From: Nemertoderma westbladi
Taxonomy: Eukaryota; Animalia; Xenacoelomorpha
NCBI GenBank assembly: GCA_032718475.1
Contig: JAUCBJ010002228.1
Location: 1-44,484 of the forward strand
Direction of reading: 5' to 3'
Length of the DNA: 44,484 nt
Positions within the stretch are counted from its first letter, which is position 1. Each line of letters starts with the position of its first letter. The position numbers were made by a program, and so were the translations under genes. Positions 35,442 to 44,484 of this stretch are shown in pieces. The notes under the pieces were generated by a model. It worked only from the letters and a program-made list of their open reading frames with translations. It was not told where the DNA came from and did no database searches.

Positions 35442-36140
35442 TTAAACGCCTTTGGTCGCTCGCAACTCATCTTGCAGTCTCTGTACATTTCGCTCAGCCG
35501 TAATTCTTCTTCCTTCCTCGACATCTCTTTCATCTCGCAAACGGCGCAGACGTTGCCCAAGGTCTTCGTTGGTATCCTTCAAGTTATTAATATCCTTCTC
35601 ATAACTCGTCTTGGAATTCTGATGCAACTCCTGGATGTTATAAGCTCTGCTTTCCGTATCCGCCAGTCGCTTCTTCAGGCTCTGGACAGTGGAATCAGCC
35701 TGTTCCACAAGTCTATCCATATCGTTTTCGAGCCTAACTCGTTTGGTTCCTTCAATCTCCTTCTGCTGTCGCTCAAACTGCATCTCTTTGGTTGTGTATT
35801 TCAGCATGAGCTCGGCATCGCGTCTCTCCTTGTACTCGCGTTCCAGATCAATCTCAAGATCCTTTATCTTATCGATTGCATCCGAGAGGGTTTGTACTCG
35901 GCACTCGATAGCTCTAGTAATTCGTTTATGATGCCAAGCTCGTCGGCAAGATCTGTTTACGTGGTAGACGCTCCACGCTACACCAAGAGTAATCGGCACA
36001 GCTGCAATGCCAACTTTCAAAGCAAGTGTATGTTCAGCACAGAGCTTACCAATGGCTTCAATGTACGCGCCTGTTGTAGTGTATAACCCCTTCAATACCG
36101 CGTCAACTGGTTGAGCGATAAACTCTGTTTTTCCAGCCAT
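35442..36140 (-). CDS. Hypothetical single-pass membrane protein with long C-terminal coiled coil (232 aa, intronless)
   Basis: Good ATG context (AATCATGG), TATA-like element ~35-45 nt upstream, hydrophobic segment LALKVGIAAVPITLGVAWSVY, then ~150 aa of charged heptad-rich sequence; GC content above the flanks. Confidence 0.75.
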   Translation of the reverse strand: MAGKTEFIAQPVDAVLKGLYTTTGAYIEAIGKLCAEHTLALKVGIAAVPITLGVAWSVYHVNRSCRRAWHHKRITRAIECRVQTLSDAIDKIKDLEIDLEREYKERRDAELMLKYTTKEMQFERQQKEIEGTKRVRLENDMDRLVEQADSTVQSLKKRLADTESRAYNIQELHQNSKTSYEKDINNLKDTNEDLGQRLRRLRDERDVEEGRRITAERNVQRLQDELRATKGV

Positions 36141-39100
36141 GATTACGATAATAAGATGGGCGGACTTTTCAAGCTCTTATAAATAAATTGCCCTATGTAA
36201 GGTTACACGAAATTCGTTACTTAATAGATTACATAGTTAAATTGATTCGACTTTGTTACACAAAACATATTTCGTATTCTAGAATATTAAATAGGCCTAT
36301 TACATCTAAGTTGCTTAGATATGCTGGTAGCATAATAAGGTGAAGATAATTTAACTTAATTTGGAATTAGGAATTGTACAGTAATATATATAGTACTGTA
36401 CGCATATATACTGTAGTGCGCAGTATAATAGGTATTATATGTATGTATGTATGTACATAAACACACATTACCGATTACACAAAATATATAACTATTTAGT
36501 ATCTACATGCTATTATGTATTACGTCATTCTGGTTGAACAGTACCTATAATATCGATGACATTTCAAATTCAAACATAAAATAAAGAATAAGAAATAAGT
36601 AATACATTATTATACAATTAATTCTGTACATTATTAATTATATACAGAATTACACAAAAATAATTAAGGTCTGCTTAAAAGTGGAAACGTTTTTGGCAAC
36701 AACGTGGTGGTCAGCAACTATCAACTTTAGAAACAGGGGCGAAAACTGGACGCAAATCCCATCTTGGTGAATTAATATCCCGCCTCAATGTTAAATTCTC
36801 AATGTAGGGATCAGGTTACAGTTGCACGTTATTTTAACCAAAACAACAAACTAAACACAATAGAACAGGTTACAGTTTTATTTTTGAGAGTAATCAACTG
36901 TTATTTGCGTCAAATTTTCGCTGGAGAGGGATGAGTTTCTACTATTTATTAGTTAGAGGCCCCACAGCAGAAGTAACTTTTTGTAAATCCAATTATTTTA
37001 AAGTACAGATAATTTATATTGTTTATTATATATTTATATTTTATTTATACGAACTTTACATAATACAGTACGTGCACGCACATGCACAACCCGATGAAAA
37101 TAGTATATTTTTACGTTTTTCAGTTAAACATTTCGTAATTATTAATATCATAATTCGAATAATAATATATGAGTATTTCATAACCGATGAGTGTGAGATT
37201 GGGGGTGCGTTCACCGCTAAAAGCCAGTGTAAAAGCTTTTGCGTAATTAGCCGGTTATTATCCCCGTAAAGTACTCTGTGGTTGGTTTACCAGGCATAAA
37301 AAGGCCGTGTCCTTGCTGTACTGGTGTTTTGGAGGACATAAAAGCCATTTCTTCTGTATTTGTACTTTAGAGGACATAATCTGCAATTTCGTGACGTAAA
37401 AAGCTCGATACTCTTGAAAACAGTGTCGCTACCATGACGACGGCTAACGGCTGATATTGCCACGTTGCCCCATAGCCCTGCTTTCTGTATCTGCCAATAG
37501 GATTTGAGTTGGTTTTGATTTTGACCTATCACAGATCTACTGAACTGAATTTCCTATCTGTATGCTCATTCTCTGTGGTGGGTGAGATCTTTGTAGAATA
37601 AGGGTAGCTGGTATTCTTATAGTTATTCTTATCAGTTTTTAGTGTTGTTGGTGATTCTAAGCCAGGAAGAACGGCTTTAGCCTTACACTAGTAGGCTTAA
37701 TTATAAGGACATATATCCGTTATCTGCATTTATCACAACATAACATACCATACCTAATCAAACAACCTGTGCATACTTTATATTGTTATACTGCTATTTA
37801 CTGTCAGTTCTTCATAATATGGTTGATGAATTATTATATTTGGAATAACGATAAATAACCCCGAAACCCAATATTCTTGATATACCGAAGGTAAGAGAGA
37901 AAGGTTACATATAACGATTGCGACTTATGTTAAAGTGGTTTGAAGTGAATCTAATGTTATTTGATAGACCCTACATGATTCGGTCCGTGTTCCTTTTATA
38001 TGTGACTAAAATCAGTGAAGATCGGCAGATTAGTGTGCAGTATTGTGCAGCATTGTGTATGAGTGAGACTGATAACGAAGCATTTCCTAAAGAATGCGCC
38101 ATATATGTGAATTGTAACTAAGCCATATCGTTGTGAGTAGTTTAAGTCATAACTCTGTTTATATAGATAGAGCGCCACGTCCTAAAGGAACTGTTAATAT
38201 TCCCCGAAGGTGAATAATATTGTCAGAGATTATATAATACTGTCAGTCGAATAATACAATAATACACAATATTGCTTACATAGCAATACGATTAAGCTGT
38301 CGAAATCAATCTCCCGGGTATATCCAGCGGGTGAATGATCGCGCACAGATTGGTTTCAACTAGTGTAGTGAATCAAATACTTGTCATAGACTAAAAACCG
38401 ATTTAATATCTAGAAGACATCCTAATTTGGCGGGTTAAACTGCCAAAGGTCTGAAAGCGCGAACAGCCAGTTTCCGCGCTGTTTTTTTTCAAGCTTTTTT
38501 TTAGTTAAAACAATTTCTAGAAATTCATTGCTTCAAGATGAATCTGAGAATTTTGGAATGTTAAAACCTAAAATATTGAATGAAGCTCCAAAAAAAGCTT
38601 ATAATAAAGCTTGGAAAATAGAATACCGCACATAAAAAAGCAGCGCGGAAACGGGCCTTATGTGTGGGCATATGTCACACGAGGGACACTGCATTACGGC
38701 CTCAACCCGGGAGAAAATTATTCTATTCCAGTCAGAAAATACTCGGGGATCGCTGTCTGATAATGTTAGCAATGTTAGTGAAGCCCCTTGTCCTTCAGAG
38801 TGTAGGTGGAAGTTATAATTTTGTCAGTTACATTTAAAAGTAGGCCTGTTATAGTGTATTACTCAAAACACAAAACTCTTTTCTAATACCAATAAATATT
38901 ACATACTAAATGTAATTAATTATTTGCTATTTATATTTGTATACGGAATATATCTGTGTCACTGCACTAAATTTTAGTGAATATCTACTTAACCTTTCAA
39001 ATAACTACTGAAGAACTACTGAACAAAGAACTACTGTATGATTGTTTCGGAAACTTCAACAACAAATTATGACACATTTAAATACAGACAGTCGGACACC

Positions 39101-39996
39101 AAAACATACTGAATACCAGTACAGACAGGAAACATTGATAGTTTATATTAATTTTGACTGATTGTCGGAAATTGTCAATGCAGATGATATGAATATTTTC
39201 TTATTTGGTGTTCAATCAAATGGCATTATATACAGTAGTTTATAACTTGTATTCCTCAAAACGTATGGAATATAACATTCCACCCAAACTTTTACACTTT
39301 TATATCAACACTACAGTAGTTGCACATGTGCTGTTTTAATCAACGAACCCTTTATGTTTTGTGTCAATTTTGGAATTCAGGAATCTGATCCTAGTATATT
39401 TTATTTGTACTCACTCACTACAGTAGGCCTAGGTTTAGTCCTTCGTGTATCTAACAACTCAGATAGGTAAACTACAAAGTTTTACTTTATTTGCACAAGT
39501 ACATTTATATTTAGTTTTTAAAATATTATTATAGTAAAGTGCAATTTACAAGATTACAACATTATCAGGCCAATTACGTAGTAAAAATAGCCCGTGCTAG
39601 ATAGGGTTAAAGATTTCCACAACGAGTGCTTCCGTTTATAATTAGTTACTTACTATAGTTTTACATGAGTGTTAATTTTATGCGGCAGGCCCCAAATAAG
39701 TTCGATTTTAGACATATTTGCAAAATAACCCTCCGCTAATTTAATTTTTAATATTTTACTTCTTTATTACTACTATTATTATTATTTGATTTAATTCTGA
39801 CTCTGTCGACAAGTTAAAATAAAAAAATTGCACATCGGGTGTTTCTCACCATCAATAAAGTAAAATAAATAAATCCAACGAATTAAAATTAGATTTAACT
39901 TAAGTCAAAATTATTATGATATACAGTAAAAGTCCATAATCCTTTGACGTTTTACCTCGAAGTTGATGTTGATTAGGGCGAAGCAGTTACTTACAA

Positions 39997-40389
39997 CTAC
40001 TAGGTCGAGCGAACTCGGACAGTGGAAATGAGATCCTTCCAGGCTTCCCGATTCTCCAACTACTACTAGGTCGAGCGAACTCGGACAGTGGAAATGAGAT
40101 CCTTCCCGGCTTCCCGATTCTCCAACTACTACTAGGTCGAGCGAACTCGGACAGTGAAAATGAGATCCTTCCAGGATTCCCGATTCTCCAACTACTACTA
40201 GGTTGAGCGAACTCGGACAGTGGAAATGAGATCCTTCCAGGCTTCCCGATTCTCCATAGTTGTCGCAATTTCGTTTCTCCCAAGTTCAGTATCCCTTTCA
40301 AGTTGATCTATATATGTTATGGCAGGTCGTCCACGACTACGCTTTCCATGAGTTGGTTGCCAGAAAAGTAGATCTGGTATGACCTCGTC
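39997..40389 (-). mobile_element. Short 5'-truncated RTE-like LINE with its last 66 bp present four times; 11-bp TSD
   Basis: DLLFWQPTHGKRSRGRPAITYIDQLERDT...MENREAWK...VRST* plus (TAG)n; 66-bp period (40001, 40067, 40133, 40199); TSD GTTACTTACAA at 39986-39996 and 40390-40400. Confidence 0.88.
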
Positions 40390-40398
40390 GTTACTTAC

Positions 40399-40692
40399 AA
40401 AGTTTACATTAATCAAGTCCCTTGACGTAGAATCATCAGGTTGGATGCGATCCGATCCATTAAGATTTGCTTTCGAGTACTTTAATGTGGTTATCGATGT
40501 TGGTCGAGGAAGGGAATATAACTCGATGGCCTTGCGGTATCCGGAGGATGCTCCTCTGTAAGGTGTGGCTGAGGGAATGTTGTTATTGAAGGATAAACGA
40601 ATTCCTAGTTGAAGCTTTGCGTTCGGACAATCAAACATGCTACGCAAGGACGCTTTGACGGAGGGCTTCCAAGGAGATTGGCTGGAATTTAT
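40399..40692 (-). CDS. Putative internal coding exon of an unidentified gene (98 codons, phase 0-0)
   Basis: Acceptor CTCTGTATAG|, donor |GTAAGT, only one open frame (INSSQSPWKPSVKASLRSMFDC...DLINVNF), GC above the flanks; no recognised homology. Confidence 0.35.
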
Positions 40693-40988
40693 CTATACAG
40701 AGTAATGTAGCATTGCTGACGTAGGGACCTCTACATGATCAATGTCAATGATACAATGATTAAAAAGTACTGTTTAATAAGTGACATTTTTAAACGTGTT
40801 TTTAAACGTTTTTAAAATTTTTAAACATTTTTACGTGATCCCAGGAGGATATCGTAATTTGGAACAGAAAAAAACAAGTAGTGCGATTTCAAAAATATTA
40901 TTGGTTATGTCTGGAACGTTTCGTATAATAATAATATACTGAAGATGTTTGCCGGTATTACTATTGGACGGATCCATCATGGATGTCC

Positions 40989-41220
40989 TTATTATAGGAA
41001 GGGATCTAGGGGTCTTAACCTCGAATAATAAGTTTATTTTGCCGAAAATAACTTATCTTTTATTGGCGCAATTGTAGGACTAATCCCATCACATGCGTAC
41101 TTTTTAATCGGGTAGTGTACAAATTTAGGAATCGCGTAATTTTTCTTCTTATTTTAGTTATTTTCGGTAAAATAAACTTATCATTCGAGTTTAAGACCCC
41201 TAGATCCCTTCCTATAATAA
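40989..41220. mobile_element. MITE with ~65-bp terminal inverted repeats
   Basis: TTATTATAGGAAGGGATCTAGGGGTCTTAA...CCGAAAATAACT versus AGTTATTTTCGG...TTAAGACCCCTAGATCCCTTCCTATAATAA. Confidence 0.8.
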
Positions 41221-42759
41221 ATCTATAATAACAAACACCTCGAAAAATACAGCTTGTCAACACATTGTTACTATCAATAATGGATGTCCTTATTTCTCAC
41301 GAGTTTGTTTGTGTGTTTGTTTGTACAAACAACTTCTTGCACTTAATGTTGATGGAATTGGATGAAACTTTGATGATAGGTTCATTATCGGACCTAGTTG
41401 TGTATGCAAGGTTTTGGTTGCGAGGGAACTGTTGGTTGCCTAGCAACAGTGAAATAAATTCTAGAATGACCGATCATATTCGTAGAATTCACTCAATCAA
41501 AATTCTGTTGACACCCCATATGTTGGACACCACATCTATTGGTCATGCTTTCTGGAAAATTTCGCTTTATTTCGTTTAGAATTGTAGAAGATACAATTTT
41601 TACACAGTGTTTTTTTTAAATACAATATATACTACTATTGTGTACTTTTCCCAATGTTTCGCTTTGCGTTTTTCGTTATTAGGCTTCCTGCCCTGCATAG
41701 GCGAGTAAATTATTACAACAACAATATTTATAGCAATGGATCCGTCCATTATTGCCAGCTCTCGGCTGGAATGCTTGTATATTTATGAAACGTACCGGAT
41801 TTAACATTTACGTTTTTCGCAAATCGCACTACTTGTTCTTTTCTGTTACAAATTACTTAATTATTTGTCAATCCTTCCATCTTAGTTTCACCTTCTTGCG
41901 CAGCAGTGATTTAAATAATATATAGTTTTTTTTAAAACCAGGATTATGCGGATATACAGTAAGCGCAGTTGGGCGACATGCTATTGCCCAACTGAACTTA
42001 CAATTACTGAATCCCTAAATTGTATGTGGATGTGCTATTATATTATAGTATATCAAACCTCATGTGCAATTATTGTAATATTATATGTACAGGCTATGGA
42101 AGAAATAAACAATTGAATTGAATATACTTCTTGTTTTATATTCTTAAATTGTTACTTTTTCGCTCGAATACATAATATACCCCAAAAATCGAGAGAAAAA
42201 ATGAGTACCTTTTTCCCAAAGGAAAAAAGGTAACCCCATAAAATTCCATTGATTTATTTTACTTTTCCCGGCGAAAAAAGTAAAACAAAATATTTTTGGT
42301 GGAATTACTTCCGGGTATTTTTTTCACTATTCTCGAGGCATTTAATTTACCGAGCGCCAGCGAGGTTAATAAAGGGTCTAGGTTTTACTTTTTCCCATGA
42401 ATATAATAATAATTATACTGCTCCAGCAATGTGTAAACAAAAAGCGAGAATCAATGATAAACTTCTTTATATCAATTTTTTTGACATATTTCCCTTCTTG
42501 ACAAGCACCCCCCCCCCCCCCCACCTTTCTGTAAAGCTCATAATTAAACAAAATCATCAAAAAATCTCCTTTAGGACTGAGGAATCAAATATGTTTTGGT
42601 TTTGTTTTAACATTATCATTTGATTTTAATCGGGAAACTCCGAGTTAATTATATAAATTATATTGAACTTACAAAAGCGATCATTAAGGAAAACACTAAA
42701 CACGAATATTACAAATTAATTAGCATAATAAATAATGAATAACTAGACCAAAAGGCTAA

Positions 42760-44484
42760 TTATGTAGTTTGTTTATCCAAATGTAATTGTTCCTTTAGCC
42801 TCGCATTCTCTTCTCGCATAGCCTTGTAGTCCTTCAGTATATTATCGAGACTCGCGTCCACATTCTTCTCGGATTCATTATCGATGTGATCCCCGAGTTC
42901 CCTGGCCTCCCGGATTATCTGCCCGGTGTCCTGGACCAGTTTAACCACCTCGTCGCAGGCGCTGTGCAGCGAGGCGAGGTACTTGTAGGCCTTCTTGGCG
43001 AACTCGTCCTTGGGCGCGTGACGGAACACCAACTCGTCGGTAACCGTGAACGTCCGCTCCAACTTCCCGCGCAACAAATTCATCTCCTTCTGCAAGGACT
43101 TGGTTTCGTTCATGATTTTTTCCATCTCCTGTTTCTGCCTGTTGATGTTGTTGATAATCTCAATTATTCGCTTCGTGTACGCGGCCCTGTTAACGTCCTT
43201 CACCATGGCATCGAACTCAACTTTCAACTGCTTCGCTAGCTCCTCCTTCTCTTTGGTTTCCTCCACTAATATTTGCACGTTTCTCCGAATCTCTTTAATC
43301 GCCTCCATCTTCCCCTGTAAACCTTCGCTGTTGGCTTCCCGCCTCTTCGTCAACTCCTGTATTTCCCCCTCCAACGGGACTCGGTGTCGGTCCCACTGCC
43401 CATGTAGACTCTGTAGGTTCGCCTCCGATGCCGCTATCAGCTCACGCAACTTCTCGACATTAACTTCCGGATTCTGTAGGAGTTGCAACGTTTTCTTATG
43501 TGATTTATAGTTCTGTTCGGCGGCTTTATTCGCGGCTGTAAGCCGACTCAGCAACTCGTTGGCCTCCGCTATCTTATCGTCGGCTCCTTTAACAGCGGAT
43601 TCCATCCCCGATAACTTCCCGACCAACAATCCCAACTCCTCTTTACGCAGTTTCACTTCATTCTCTCGGTGCTCAGCCGTTCGATCGACAGCGTTGTCTT
43701 CCTCCTTTGCCGCCGACATCAACAACGACTGCTGAGCCAACCTACTGCTCCTCGAATCAGTAGAGTTTTTAATTGATAATTCTTCGATTTCAGGGAAACC
43801 CGGGGTTTGTAGGATTTTATCCTGGTCTCCTCCACGTTCTAGAACGTCAACAGTCTGCTCCCGCGCAACCATCAACGCGTTATCGCTCAACAACGCGAGC
43901 GGGATGTCGCGAACGCAGCAGAGATCCTCGTTTATATGGCGACGCATCGCCTCGGTGGCGGGACTGTAGGGGACCCGGGAGACCCATCGACACTGCCGCA
44001 GCACGCTGTGCTCCGCGGCGGTGCCGCAATAGTGGGGCGCGCCTGTCGCGTCGCGGACGACGCCGTTCAAACACGCGTGATACGGTAACCACGGCAACTC
44101 CAACGCCAAACGCAACTGATTCGCCAATAACCTGCGCGCGAGATTAGAGCCGGACTCATCGGCCGGACGAGTGGACTCCAGATTGTCTCGCGGCAGTTTC
44201 TCGATGAGAAACATAAATATTTGGCGGATATCGGCGTCGTTGGAGTAGAGGATTGTCTGGTAACCGAGGTCTCCCTTGTATCCGAGTTGCTCAATAGCAG
44301 CGGCGATGGCCGACGCAATTCGGAATCTTGCCGACATCCCAGGGGGCAGACGTTTACTCAGCTCAGAGTTCTCTGGGTTTATACATTGTAAACAAGCCAC
44401 TACGGACTCGACAACCATCTCGGTTGAGAAGTTGAGTAAACTTACAACATCCTCGGGTATGTCGCAGTCTATCTGTCTGAGATT
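42760..44484 (-). CDS. CCDC22: Coiled-coil domain-containing protein 22 (Commander/CCC complex); 5' end beyond the window, no intron within it
   Basis: LPPGMSARFR, LGYKGDLGYQTILYS, IFMFLIEKLP, QWDRHRVPL, VNRAAYTKRIIEIINNI..Q, GKLERTFTVTDELVF, AYKYLASLH..C. The frame stays open to the edge (NLRQIDCDIPEDVVSLLNFSTEMVVE), so the true start lies just outside. Confidence 0.95.
   Translation of the reverse strand, partial: NLRQIDCDIPEDVVSLLNFSTEMVVESVVACLQCINPENSELSKRLPPGMSARFRIASAIAAAIEQLGYKGDLGYQTILYSNDADIRQIFMFLIEKLPRDNLESTRPADESGSNLARRLLANQLRLALELPWLPYHACLNGVVRDATGAPHYCGTAAEHSVLRQCRWVSRVPYSPATEAMRRHINEDLCCVRDIPLALLSDNALMVAREQTVDVLERGGDQDKILQTPGFPEIEELSIKNSTDSRSSRLAQQSLLMSAAKEEDNAVDRTAEHRENEVKLRKEELGLLVGKLSGMESAVKGADDKIAEANELLSRLTAANKAAEQNYKSHKKTLQLLQNPEVNVEKLRELIAASEANLQSLHGQWDRHRVPLEGEIQELTKRREANSEGLQGKMEAIKEIRRNVQILVEETKEKEELAKQLKVEFDAMVKDVNRAAYTKRIIEIINNINRQKQEMEKIMNETKSLQKEMNLLRGKLERTFTVTDELVFRHAPKDEFAKKAYKYLASLHSACDEVVKLVQDTGQIIREARELGDHIDNESEKNVDASLDNILKDYKAMREENARLKEQLHLDKQTT

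Noticed and set aside
39987-40301. Repetitive 104-aa ORF / repeat-spacer array beside an RT fragment
   Set aside because: Identical 66-bp copies of a LINE 3' end with no variable spacers.

Overview
AT-rich eukaryotic, almost certainly animal (invertebrate-type), nuclear DNA with GC-richer exons and many transposon relics. It is not prokaryotic, so many of the supplied ORFs are shadows or repeats. Host genes on the minus strand are an intronless LPCAT3/MBOAT5, a 3-exon isovaleryl-CoA dehydrogenase (IVD), an Oxa1/COX18-family insertase, an orphan TM+coiled-coil gene and CCDC22 (running off the right edge). On the plus strand, two exons of a GPI-anchored Ly6/uPAR three-finger protein missed by the ORF track enclose the whole LPCAT3 gene in a ~9.7-kb intron. 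Mobile DNA includes a Gypsy gag-pol cut off by a PacBio adapter artefact (1735-1830), RTE/CR1/other LINE pieces, tRNA-derived SINEs, paired hAT elements, a piggyBac-type insertion, a foldback element and minisatellites. The most unusual signal is three minimal hammerhead-ribozyme-like motifs sharing the design CUGA..GA-stemII-GAA-[8-nt palindrome]-A. One is in a Penelope-like insertion and two sit inside tRNA-like Pol III (A-box/B-box) scaffolds. All calls come from reading the sequence by eye; no searches were run.
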